This document shows, one piece after another, positions 28,116 to 37,501 of a DNA stretch of 64,000 nt (position 1 is the first letter of the stretch; each line of letters begins with the position of its first letter). The notes beneath the pieces are model-generated. The model searched no databases, was not told where the DNA came from, and saw nothing but the letters and a program-made list of their open reading frames with translations. The stretch covers positions 9,008-73,007 of the forward strand of contig CAZLHM010000006.1 in assembly GCA_964559555.1 (NCBI GenBank), read 5' to 3'. Source of the DNA: an uncultured Candidatus Bathyarchaeia archaeon. GTDB taxonomy: Archaea > Thermoproteota > Bathyarchaeia > 40CM-2-53-6. A program made the position numbers and the translations under genes.

Positions 28116-29312
28116 TTATCTGTACTTGTGAAATCCCTGACCTGCCTTCTTGCCCAACCGTCCGTTCTTCACGTACTCGGGGAGGAGCGGGCACGATTCG
28201 TACATTGGCTCTGAGTATCTGCCGTGCAGATCACAGAGGTTCTTGACTATCGTGTCGATTCCAATCTTGTCTGCCAGCTCACACGGTCCTGAAGGCCATC
28301 CTGTGCCAAACTTCATAGCGGTGTCTATGTCAGCTGGCGTAGCAACATCGTCGTGAACAAGCCATGCAGCTGCATTGGCGGCCATAGTATAGAGCCTATT
28401 CGGGTCGAACTTGTCTGCGAGTTCGAATGGTATCCGCGGTCGCCCGGCGCTCCAGTTGTAGAACCCCTCTCCTGTCTTCTGGCCGAGCTTTCCGGCTTTG
28501 ACTAGAGGCTGGTAGATCGTGCTGGGCTTGGCTCGGGCGCCAAAAGCCTCCTCCATCTCTCTGGCGACGCTGTTAAGTATGTCTAGACCGACGAAGTCAG
28601 CAAGCTCGAATATGCCCATTGGAAATCCCGCTTGGTACTTCATCGCAGCGTCAACCTCTTCCTTCGTCGTCTCATTGCGTTCAACGGCCCAAAATGCTTC
28701 GTTGAACACCGAGGCGAGAATTCCGTTGACGATGAACCCTCGGACATCCTTCTTCACGAGGACAGCCGTCTTTCCGAGTTTCTTCGCGAGATCCAATGCA
28801 AACTTGGTCGTCTCTTCGCTTGTTTGCGCTCCTCTGATGATTTCCAGCAAAGGCATCATTTGTGGAGGATTGAAGAAGTGTAGTCCCACGACCTTGTCGG
28901 GTCTATTGGTCATCTTTCCGAGCTCGCTGATGCTAAGCGTTGACGTGTTAGAACCGAGGATGGCATGTTTGGGTGCCAGCTTGTCCATCTGGGCAAAGAG
29001 CTTCTTCTTCATCTCAAGGTTCTCAGGAGCTGCCTCAACGATAAGATCCGCATCCTTGAACGCTTCATCCATGCTCGTTGTGACGCGTAGACGGGCCATT
29101 GCCGCTTCGGCATCTTCCTTCCGGATAGTCCTCTTCTCTGCAAACTTCTCCAAACTCCACTGAATCTTCTCGCGTGCTTTCGCTAGAATCTCGTCGCTGA
29201 TGTCAACCATCGTGACCTCCGTGCCTGTCATGATCAGCAGTTGTGCTATTCCGTGACCCATTGATCCCGACCCCAAGACGGCAGCTTTCTTCAACGATTG
29301 TACGCTCATCAC
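28116..29312 (-). CDS. 3-hydroxyacyl-CoA dehydrogenase
   Basis: It has an N-terminal Rossmann fold (AVLGSGSMGHGIAQ) and duplicated C-terminal 3HCDH domains. Confidence 0.85.
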   Translation of the reverse strand: MMSVQSLKKAAVLGSGSMGHGIAQLLIMTGTEVTMVDISDEILAKAREKIQWSLEKFAEKRTIRKEDAEAAMARLRVTTSMDEAFKDADLIVEAAPENLEMKKKLFAQMDKLAPKHAILGSNTSTLSISELGKMTNRPDKVVGLHFFNPPQMMPLLEIIRGAQTSEETTKFALDLAKKLGKTAVLVKKDVRGFIVNGILASVFNEAFWAVERNETTKEEVDAAMKYQAGFPMGIFELADFVGLDILNSVAREMEEAFGARAKPSTIYQPLVKAGKLGQKTGEGFYNWSAGRPRIPFELADKFDPNRLYTMAANAAAWLVHDDVATPADIDTAMKFGTGWPSGPCELADKIGIDTIVKNLCDLHGRYSEPMYESCPLLPEYVKNGRLGKKAGQGFHKYR

Positions 29313-29355
29313 ACTCTCTCCAGCTACCGTTGCCAGCCTTCTAGTATTTCAGAGA

Positions 29356-29793
29356 TTAGATCGGCACGAGCTCGTAGCTAGAACCTTCCGGGGAAGGCTT
29401 TCCAACAAGCTTGACTTTCATGCCGACTTTGGCTTGACCGAGTTTCACACCTGTGAGCCAAGCAAGTACTCTTACCCCTTTGTCTAGCTTCGCCACGGCG
29501 ACTGTGTATGTCTCATGCTCAGCAAAGCTCGTAGGTCTAACGATGACATGCGTGAACGTCTCGATCTGTCCCTTATCGCCGGTCAGGTCGATCCAGTCCA
29601 TGTCCGAACCAAGGCATTTGGAGCAATCGACCACCGGCGGGAAGTACTTCTGCCCACATTTCTTGCACACTGTACCGTAGACTTTGCCGTTCTCCAGTTC
29701 GTCCCAGAATCTCGCGGTTTTGTTTGTTGGGATGTCAAATGTGAGGGTCATCGGCTTCGATTTGAGTGCACGTGTTGGAGGACCAAATGCCAT
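29356..29793 (-). CDS. DUF35 Zn-ribbon/OB-fold protein (thiolase-associated)
   Basis: A CKKCGQKYFPPVVDCSKC rubredoxin-like ribbon is followed by an OB fold. It is gene-coupled to the thiolase, with 2 nt between them. Confidence 0.75.
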   Translation of the reverse strand: MAFGPPTRALKSKPMTLTFDIPTNKTARFWDELENGKVYGTVCKKCGQKYFPPVVDCSKCLGSDMDWIDLTGDKGQIETFTHVIVRPTSFAEHETYTVAVAKLDKGVRVLAWLTGVKLGQAKVGMKVKLVGKPSPEGSSYELVPI

Positions 29794-29794
29794 G

Positions 29795-30958
29795 CTAATC
29801 CCTCCCCAGTATCATTACGTAGCAGTAATGCCCGGTGCCACCAACATTGTGAGCAAGCGCGTTACCCTGCTTGACGGGAACCTGCCTCTTCCCCGCTTCT
29901 CCGCGCAGTTGGCGTGTGAGCTCAGTCATCATGGAAACCCCAGTCGCGCCAATTGGATGTCCCTTGGCCTTGAGACCGCCATCCACATTGACGGGTATTC
30001 TCCCTCCGATCTCCGTTTGGCCTTCACGAATCATCTTGCCGGCAGCCCCTCGCTCGCAGAATCCCAGATCCTCATACGCCAGAAGCTCAGCAATCGTGAA
30101 GCAATCGTGAACGGTCGCGACATCAATTCTGCTTGCGTCTACCTTTGCGGAGGAATATGCCCGCTCGGCGGCCAGCGTCGCGGAATGCAGAGACGAGAAG
30201 TCCTCTCTCTTGCTGATGTTCGCCGTGCCAGAGGACACGCCTAGCCCCTTGATCCAGATCGGTGTATCTGACAGATCCTTTGCCCTGTTCTCAGATGCCA
30301 AGACTATTGCTGCAGCCCCGTCGCTGACTGGACAGCAATCGAAGATCTTCAACGGCCAGGCAATTACTCGAGATGAGAGTACATCTTCGACCTTGATGGG
30401 TCTCTGGAAATGCGCGTAAGGATTCATAGAAGCATACTTGTGGCTCTTCACAGCGACCTTTGCGAGGTCCTCTTCCGTTGTGCCATGCTTCTTCATGTGG
30501 GCAGTTGCGTGAAGTGCATAGTAGGCTGGAAATGTCATGCCGAAGTTGTGAAACTCCCAGAGATAGTAGCCAGCCCTTCCGATCAGTTCGATTGAGGTCA
30601 GGATGTCCACCTCGGTCATCTTCTCGACGCCCACGGCCATCGCAACGTCAGTGTGACCGCTCGCAACAGCTTGATACGCAGCCACCACAGCAGCGCTCCC
30701 AGACGCGCATGCAGCTTCGCACCTGATGAGCCCTGCTCCAGTGAGACCGGAATATTCGGAAATCACAACTGCCGGAAGGAACTCCTCGTACCACCCTCCT
30801 GCGGTCCCGACGCTGACTAAGCCGATGTCATTCTGTCCGATGCCGGCGTCTTGGATCGCTGGTTTGATCGCTTCGAATGCCAACTCCGCGAGGTTTGCGT
30901 CACGACGATCACCGAAGACTGAATGCCCTATGCCTACAACGGCAACTCTTCGAGACAA
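29795..30958 (-). CDS. Thiolase (acetyl-CoA C-acyltransferase, archaeal SCPx-type)
   Basis: The 387 aa product has a thiolase fold with an active-site Cys region (CEAACASGSAAV) and a C-terminal His/Cys region. Confidence 0.85.
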   Translation of the reverse strand: MSRRVAVVGIGHSVFGDRRDANLAELAFEAIKPAIQDAGIGQNDIGLVSVGTAGGWYEEFLPAVVISEYSGLTGAGLIRCEAACASGSAAVVAAYQAVASGHTDVAMAVGVEKMTEVDILTSIELIGRAGYYLWEFHNFGMTFPAYYALHATAHMKKHGTTEEDLAKVAVKSHKYASMNPYAHFQRPIKVEDVLSSRVIAWPLKIFDCCPVSDGAAAIVLASENRAKDLSDTPIWIKGLGVSSGTANISKREDFSSLHSATLAAERAYSSAKVDASRIDVATVHDCFTIAELLAYEDLGFCERGAAGKMIREGQTEIGGRIPVNVDGGLKAKGHPIGATGVSMMTELTRQLRGEAGKRQVPVKQGNALAHNVGGTGHYCYVMILGRD

Positions 30959-31044
30959 GAACCCAACTCCTGAGATGAATTCTGAATTAGTGGGCGAAGC
31001 TAGTTCTCGGCGAGCTTAAAGCTCTTGTCACAATAGAAAATGAG

Positions 31045-31557
31045 TTGGATCAATCGTCCAATCGTGAACGTTACAGGGCTTTCTCCGTGTGTCCTGATGG
31101 TAGACCTTTTCTATCTCCTTCGAGGGAGTCGTTCCCGTCGCTGGTAGTATGCTTGGTGAAGTTTCCTTCTGAGGAATGGATAGAGCTGTTCATGGAGGCG
31201 GTCAACGCGAACAGCAACTATGAGGAAGCCGCGAAGACTTGGGAGGGCGACTTTCTCTTCGTAATCGAACCCGACACAGAGCTGAAAGATCCCGCTACTT
31301 TCTATGTGGACTTGTGGCATGGTAAATGTCGAGGCGTTGATCTCCTCAAACCAGGTGAGGAGAGAACTACAGCCTTCGTCTACTCAGGACCCTACGCGAA
31401 CTGGAAGAAGCTGATCAACAAGCAGATCGATCCGATTCAAGGCCTCTTGACTGGCAAGTTCAAGCTGAAGGGCGACATGGTCAAGGTTCTGCGGGCGGTG
31501 AGGGCGGCAAAAGAACTCGTCGAGACTGCCGGAAAGGTCCCGACAGAGTTCGCGTGA
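31045..31557 (+). CDS. SCP2 (sterol carrier protein 2)-domain protein
   Basis: The LTGKFKLKGDMVKVLRAV motif is present. The probable start is TTG/GTG at 31153/31156, giving (M)VKFPSEEWIELF... Confidence 0.65.
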   Translation: MDQSSNRERYRAFSVCPDGRPFLSPSRESFPSLVVCLVKFPSEEWIELFMEAVNANSNYEEAAKTWEGDFLFVIEPDTELKDPATFYVDLWHGKCRGVDLLKPGEERTTAFVYSGPYANWKKLINKQIDPIQGLLTGKFKLKGDMVKVLRAVRAAKELVETAGKVPTEFA

Positions 31558-31585
31558 ACTACAGGATTGGCGAGTCAGACCTCCA

Positions 31586-32752
31586 ATGTGGTATTTTACC
31601 AGTCCTGAGATAGCCTTCGGAGAAGACGCTCTTGAGCATCTGAGAACCATCGAAGGAACGCGCATCCTCATCGTAACAGATCCAATCGTTTCCAACCTTG
31701 GGATTCTGGAGCCTGTGCTGAACGAGCTGAAGAGGGAAGCACGACAGATAGAGATCTTCAGCCAAGTTGAGCAGGAGCCTTCTTTTGAGAACGTTGGAAA
31801 GGTGGCGAAGGCTGCGCACCACTTTCAGCCAGACTTGTTCGTCGCGGTAGGGGGAGGTTCGTGCATAGACGCGGCGAAGGCTGGATGGATTCTCTACGAA
31901 CGACCCGATTTGAAGCTCGAGGCAGTTAGTCCTCTAACCAAGCTCGATCTCCGAAAGAAGGCAAGATTCGTTGCCATTCCTACAACGGCGGGAACAGGTT
32001 CGGACGCGACTTGGGTTGCGGTGCTCACGGACAAGGCTCAGGATTTCAAAGTCGACTATATCGCTTCCAGAGAACTCACCCCTGATTTCTCAATATTAGA
32101 CCCGCGGCTCTTGCTCAAGCTTCCTAGAGAGACGACCGCGCAGACCGGGCTCGATGCACTGACGCAGGGGATCGAAGCCTATGTGAGTCAGTGGCGAAAC
32201 GATTTCTCCGACGGTCTCGCGTTGAGGTCAATTCAAATCCTGTTTGAGTATCTTCCGAAAGCATATGACAACCCGGATGATCTCTTGGCGAGACAAAAGA
32301 CGCAGAACGCTGCGACAATTTCGGGGCTCGCTTTCGGGAACGCTCAGCTCGGTCTGGCACACGCAATGGGGCATGCGTTAGGCGCAACCTTCCACATGAG
32401 TCATGGACTGTCCGTTGCACTTTCGAATCTGTATGTTATTCCATTCTCGCGTCGTGACGCGGCAGGAAGGTACGCTGACATCGCTTGTGCCATCGGGATT
32501 GAGGAACCCTCAGCCGACAAGGCCACTGACCGACTCGTGCAAGCGACCAAGCGCCTCATGACTTATCTGAAGACGCCCCTGTCCTTGCGCGATGCAGGCA
32601 TTTCTCACAGCGATCTTGAGCAGAACATTGACGACCTGGTGGAAAAGACGAACAGATCAACGTGCACATTCGTCAACCCGAGGGTACCGGATGTGCGAGA
32701 GATCCGTAGACTCTTCGTTTGCATGCATGAAGCGAAAGATGTTGACTTCTAG
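31586..32752 (+). CDS. Iron-containing alcohol dehydrogenase
   Basis: The Fe-ADH motifs GGGSCIDAAKA, the His cluster AHAMGHALGATFHMSHG, and NAD-binding GSD are present. Confidence 0.85.
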   Translation: MWYFTSPEIAFGEDALEHLRTIEGTRILIVTDPIVSNLGILEPVLNELKREARQIEIFSQVEQEPSFENVGKVAKAAHHFQPDLFVAVGGGSCIDAAKAGWILYERPDLKLEAVSPLTKLDLRKKARFVAIPTTAGTGSDATWVAVLTDKAQDFKVDYIASRELTPDFSILDPRLLLKLPRETTAQTGLDALTQGIEAYVSQWRNDFSDGLALRSIQILFEYLPKAYDNPDDLLARQKTQNAATISGLAFGNAQLGLAHAMGHALGATFHMSHGLSVALSNLYVIPFSRRDAAGRYADIACAIGIEEPSADKATDRLVQATKRLMTYLKTPLSLRDAGISHSDLEQNIDDLVEKTNRSTCTFVNPRVPDVREIRRLFVCMHEAKDVDF

Positions 32753-32758
32753 ACGACG

Positions 32759-34618
32759 GTGGCACGATTGATCGGCGGATACACGGGAAGGACTCTATTC
32801 GTCGATCTTAATCACGGAAGTATCACCGAGAAGCCTACGAATGAGGAATTCGCTCGCACCTACATTGGTGGAAGCGGCTACGCCTGTAGGCTTGCTCTAG
32901 ATTACTTGGAGCGGAGGACTGACCCGCTCGGCTCTGATAACGTGTTGATCTTCGCGGCAGGCCCCTTGGCGGGCACATCTGCGCCGAGTTCTGGGCGCCA
33001 TGCCGTATGTGGGAGGTCGCCGCAGACGGGATTGTGGGGTGAATCCTACGCGGGCGGTGTCTTCGGCGCAAAGATGAAGTTTGCTGGGTTCGATGTCCTG
33101 GTTGTGACCGGGAGAGCGACAGATCCAACCTACATCTCCGTGAGAGATGGCAACGCGGAACTCAGGCCAGCCAGACACTTGGTCGGTGAGGACACGTCGG
33201 CGACTCAGAAACTCATCAAGGAGGAACTCCGTGACCAATCAGCAAGCATCTCATGCATCGGTAAGGCCGGAGAGAACCTAGTCAAGTATGCCACAGTGAT
33301 GAACGATTGGAACCGCGCTGCCGGTCGAACCGGCATGGGCGCCGTGATGGGAAGCAAGAATCTGAAAGCCATCGCAGTCTCCGGGAACCACAAGGTTTCT
33401 GTGGCAAACCCTGACGAGTTCACGAAGGCCTGCAGCAGTGCATTGAAGTTCCTGAGAGAATCAAGCGGCACAGAAGCTTTTCGCGTGGCCGGAACAGCAT
33501 GTGGCGCGACGTACTTCAATGAGATCGGGAATATGCCGAACAAGTACTTCTCCAGAGGGACATTCGAAGACTCGTACAAGATCGACGGCGTCTCAATGAA
33601 GCAATCAATCCTCTCGGGGACAAGTACCTGCTATGGCTGCGTGATCCGATGCGGACGAGTAGTGACTATCAACGAAGGTAAGTACGCGATAGGCAAGACC
33701 GACGGACCAGAATACGAGACTCTGTGCGGTTTCGGACCGAATCTATCCTGCACGTCTCTCGAAGCTATCGCGTTCGTGAATGAACTCTGTAACCGTTATG
33801 GAATGGACACCATCAGCTGCTCGGTAACTATCGGGTTTGCCTACCACCTCTACGAGAAGGGCATACTGACGAAGCATGACACCGGTGGTTTCGAATTGAA
33901 GTGGGGTGAGATCGACCCGGCGATCGAGTTGGTGAAGATGATAGCGGAGAGAAGAGGCATCGGCGGCCTTCTCGCAGAGGGAACACGCGAGATGGGTAAG
34001 AAGTATGGGGTCGAAGAGCAAGCCATGAACGTGAAAGGCCTTGAGCTACCGTTCCATGATCCAAGGGCCATCAGTGGGATGGCGGCATCCTACGCCACCT
34101 CGCCCAGAGGTGCCTGCCACAACTACTCCACGATCTACTTGGTTGAGATCGGGCAGATCGTTCCAGAGCTCGGCATCTTCTCCATGGACAGACTGTCCAA
34201 CGACGGAAAGGCCGAACTTGCCTTCAACAGCGAGAACTACCGGGCCGTCTATAATGCGATGTTGATGTGTCAATTCGCCAACCCGCCGGTACAGGACGTG
34301 GCAGACATGCTTTCGCACTGTACTGGCCTTGAAGTCACTCCACAAGAACTGCTCAAGATAGGTGAGAGGATCATCATGGCGAAACGCGTCATGAATCTGC
34401 GTCTAGGCGCGACTGCGCAAGACGATCGCTTGCCAAAACACATACTGCAACCACTGCCCGATGGTCCAGCGGCAGGCAACGTTCCTGATCTGGGTCGCCA
34501 GTTGAAGGAGTACTATGCAATCAGAGGATGGGATCAAGATACCGGCGATCCCGTCGTGGAAAAGCTTCACTCGCTCGGTCTTGACTCGTTGTCCGCGTAT
34601 TTACCATCTAGAAGCTGA
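32759..34618 (+). CDS. Aldehyde:ferredoxin oxidoreductase (tungstopterin AOR family)
   Basis: The 619 aa product has the AOR N-terminal domain (YTGRTLFVDLNHGSITE) and the CxxCxxxC..C [4Fe-4S] and pterin-binding regions (TCYGCVIRCGR). Confidence 0.85.
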   Translation: MARLIGGYTGRTLFVDLNHGSITEKPTNEEFARTYIGGSGYACRLALDYLERRTDPLGSDNVLIFAAGPLAGTSAPSSGRHAVCGRSPQTGLWGESYAGGVFGAKMKFAGFDVLVVTGRATDPTYISVRDGNAELRPARHLVGEDTSATQKLIKEELRDQSASISCIGKAGENLVKYATVMNDWNRAAGRTGMGAVMGSKNLKAIAVSGNHKVSVANPDEFTKACSSALKFLRESSGTEAFRVAGTACGATYFNEIGNMPNKYFSRGTFEDSYKIDGVSMKQSILSGTSTCYGCVIRCGRVVTINEGKYAIGKTDGPEYETLCGFGPNLSCTSLEAIAFVNELCNRYGMDTISCSVTIGFAYHLYEKGILTKHDTGGFELKWGEIDPAIELVKMIAERRGIGGLLAEGTREMGKKYGVEEQAMNVKGLELPFHDPRAISGMAASYATSPRGACHNYSTIYLVEIGQIVPELGIFSMDRLSNDGKAELAFNSENYRAVYNAMLMCQFANPPVQDVADMLSHCTGLEVTPQELLKIGERIIMAKRVMNLRLGATAQDDRLPKHILQPLPDGPAAGNVPDLGRQLKEYYAIRGWDQDTGDPVVEKLHSLGLDSLSAYLPSRS

Positions 34619-35429
34619 TCTTCATCGCCTGAACGATCCTTGGAAGCGTCTCTCCCGCGAGCGCGTAGAGTTTGTAGTCACACAGATGATCCCACTCGGC
34701 TCTCTCAGTGTTGATTGAAATGATCTTAGCTCCGTTCCTCTTCACGATCTCTGGAAACGAGGCTGCCGGTTCGACTTCGAGTGATGTTCCAACGGCGAGG
34801 AGCAAGTCTGCGGATCTCACTTCTTTGATCGCCTCGTCTAGCACCTTCTTCGGAACCGCCTCTCCAAACAAGATCACATCAGGCTTGAGTGGACTTCCAC
34901 ATCTGCTGCATCTTGGTATGTCCTGCCGTATTAGGCAATTCATGATTTCCTCAGTTGCATATGTGCTGCCGCAATTCGCACAACTGACACGTTCTATGGT
35001 GCCGTGAATCTCGATGACGCGTCTGCTTCCAGCGCGTTGGTGAAGCCCATCTATGTTCTGAGTAATAACACACTCAAGTCGTTTCATCTCTTCCAGCTCT
35101 GCCAAGGCAATGTGAGCCGGGTTCGGCTTCGCTCTAAGGAATGACCAACCAATGTCTCTCGCGAACTCCCAGAACTTCTGTGGATCTTGCATGAACGAGC
35201 CAATGGAAGCGACTACGGCCGGATCGTACCTGCTCCACAGCCCACTCTTGCCGCGGAACGTTCCGAGCCCGCTCTCTGCTGAAATCCCCGCGCCTGTTAG
35301 GGCTACCGCTCTTCTTGCATGCTTGATCTCATGGGCGATTGACATTATGGCGGAGTAGGCTTCCAATATGCGCCGAGCCATGAGAGGAAGTGCCGCAATA
35401 TATTTGGTTGATCTGCAGTATGGTGCCAT
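34608..35429 (-). CDS. NAD-dependent protein deacetylase (Sir2 family)
   Basis: GAGISAESGLGTFRG, the Zn ribbon CANCG...CSRCG and the catalytic HG are present. Confidence 0.8.
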   Translation of the reverse strand: MAPYCRSTKYIAALPLMARRILEAYSAIMSIAHEIKHARRAVALTGAGISAESGLGTFRGKSGLWSRYDPAVVASIGSFMQDPQKFWEFARDIGWSFLRAKPNPAHIALAELEEMKRLECVITQNIDGLHQRAGSRRVIEIHGTIERVSCANCGSTYATEEIMNCLIRQDIPRCSRCGSPLKPDVILFGEAVPKKVLDEAIKEVRSADLLLAVGTSLEVEPAASFPEIVKRNGAKIISINTERAEWDHLCDYKLYALAGETLPRIVQAMKISF

Positions 35430-35479
35430 CGCTCAGAACGATTTATCATGGTTGAAAGCACTGCTAGGGGAGATCTGTC

Positions 35480-36157
35480 TTGAAGGATGAGGTTATCCAG
35501 AGACAACTCGCGGATGCAATAGTGAGAGGGGAGTCGGGGTTGGCCGAGGCGAAGGCCAAGGTCATTGCGCAGTATGCAAAGGATCCGACTGAGGCACTCG
35601 ATGATCTGTACGACGCGTTCAGGGCCGCCGAGAGTCTCCACATGATGGGCGAGTATGATGAGAATCGTTTTGATGCCTCGGCGCATGCGGCTCAGGCTTC
35701 ACTGAACGCTCTCAAGTCATCATTAATACCAAGGCAGACCCGTTTCAAAGCAAGGATCTGTATTGGGCCGGTTTCTGGTGGGAGAGATGTCATCAGTACA
35801 ATAGTCGCGGCGATGCTCACAGCGACGGGTCATGAAGTGACTGATCTGTCAAGAGCGACAACTTCCAAGGAATTGTTGAGGAACGCCGAGCAGAGCAACG
35901 TGGAGCTCCTTATCGTGAGCTTCAACGAGCAAACTGTGTCACTTGCAGAGGAGTTCATCAGCGAATTCGAGTCTGGCGGGTTCCAGAGCAAGTTCCAAGT
36001 GATGGCGTTCGCCAGAGGGTCTCCTCCAAACATCCCAGTGTCCGACCGCTTCGCTCTTGTCGTCCATGAGCCGCTCGAACTGCTGAGCAAGGTTACCGAG
36101 TTCCTGATCCGAAAGCAACGTTCCGTTCAAAAGGATGAGGATGACTCAACAGACTGA
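35480..36157 (+). CDS. Corrinoid-protein-like (B12-binding cap plus B12-binding Rossmann domain) lacking the DxHxxG histidine
   Basis: An N-terminal helical cap is followed by ICIGPVSGGRDVISTIVAAMLTATGHEV. The D is retained, but the His is replaced. Confidence 0.45.
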   Translation: MKDEVIQRQLADAIVRGESGLAEAKAKVIAQYAKDPTEALDDLYDAFRAAESLHMMGEYDENRFDASAHAAQASLNALKSSLIPRQTRFKARICIGPVSGGRDVISTIVAAMLTATGHEVTDLSRATTSKELLRNAEQSNVELLIVSFNEQTVSLAEEFISEFESGGFQSKFQVMAFARGSPPNIPVSDRFALVVHEPLELLSKVTEFLIRKQRSVQKDEDDSTD

Positions 36158-36245
36158 GCGGTCAACCGCGGGCGCGTCAGCGGCGATTGAATTCTGCACA
36201 AGGTTGATTATGTCACGTCCGGGAATACGTGCGCCGGGCTGCTAG

Positions 36246-37493
36246 ATGGTCGCTCGTAAGGCGCTCCTAGTGATCTGCGACGGCATGGGAGATCGGGTAC
36301 AGAAAGAGTTTGGCGACGAGACTCCGCTTGGGGTCGCCAAGACTCCCACCTTCGATCAGCTAGCTTCCACAGGGTCCATCGGACTCGTGGATCCCGTGAG
36401 TCCTGGGATAAGGCCTGGAAGCGACTACGCAACGACAGCCATGCTCGGCTACGATCCACGCATCTACTATACTGGTAGAGGCGGACTTGAAGCCGCAGGC
36501 GCAGGAATGGAACTCGGACCGGGCGATGTCGCTTTCCGCTGCAACTTCTCAACGGTCGACGACGACCTAACCGTCATCGATCGCCGCGCAGGCAGGATCG
36601 AGCAAGGAACCGACGAGATAGCTGAAACGATTCGTCGGATCCGACCCCGAGGTGTCAAGGGGTTGAAGATCGACTTCGAGGCGACCATCGCACATCGCGG
36701 CGTGTTGATCCTCAAGGGCAGAGGACTATCGCGGATGGTTTCTGATGTTGACCCTCACAAGGAAGGCGTGAAGATTCTGAAGTGCGAGCCGTTGGATGAC
36801 TCATCCGCCGCCAAGAGAACGGCCTCAGCAGTCAACGACTTCGTTGCGCAGTCCTTCAGGCTGCTCAAGGATGACCCTGTCAATGCTGAAAGGATCCGCC
36901 AGGGCAAACGTCCTGCAAACATCATACTTCCAAGAGGGGCGGGAACACTGCCTCCCTTCAAGTCACTAGTGGAATTGTATGGGATGAAGGTGGCGTGCGT
37001 CGCCGCCGTTGCGCTCGTCAAAGGTGTCTGCAAGATCGCGGGAGCCGAACTCGTGGCAGCCGATGGTGCTACTGGCGGTCTCGACACGAACTATGAGGGA
37101 AAAGCAAATGCGGCTCTGAAAGTGATGGAGGATCATGACCTCGTCATTCTTCACATTAAGGCGCCTGATGTCGCCAGCCATGATGGTGACTTCAAGAAAA
37201 AGGCGACCGTGATCGAGAAAATAGATGCCGCTGTCGGAAAGATCCTACCATCGCTCGATGCGAGTTCCACATATGTGATAGTGACAGCTGATCACACGAC
37301 GCCAGTGAGTGTGAAGGATCATACGGGCAATCCCGTTCCGTTGCTGATCAATGGTCCAGGCGTTCCGCGTAGCAGTGTAACGAAGTTTAGCGAGAATACG
37401 GCATCACGAGGCAATCTAGGCAGGCTTCACGGCCTTGACATAATGCCGATCATCGCCGACTACCTTGACAAGGCAAAGAAGTTCGGTTTCTGA
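36246..37493 (+). CDS. apgM: 2,3-bisphosphoglycerate-independent phosphoglycerate mutase, archaeal type
   Basis: ALLVICDGMGDR and the metal-binding DHTTP region (VTADHTTPV) are present. Confidence 0.85.
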   Translation: MVARKALLVICDGMGDRVQKEFGDETPLGVAKTPTFDQLASTGSIGLVDPVSPGIRPGSDYATTAMLGYDPRIYYTGRGGLEAAGAGMELGPGDVAFRCNFSTVDDDLTVIDRRAGRIEQGTDEIAETIRRIRPRGVKGLKIDFEATIAHRGVLILKGRGLSRMVSDVDPHKEGVKILKCEPLDDSSAAKRTASAVNDFVAQSFRLLKDDPVNAERIRQGKRPANIILPRGAGTLPPFKSLVELYGMKVACVAAVALVKGVCKIAGAELVAADGATGGLDTNYEGKANAALKVMEDHDLVILHIKAPDVASHDGDFKKKATVIEKIDAAVGKILPSLDASSTYVIVTADHTTPVSVKDHTGNPVPLLINGPGVPRSSVTKFSENTASRGNLGRLHGLDIMPIIADYLDKAKKFGF

Positions 37494-37501
37494 GTGAGAA
37501 C

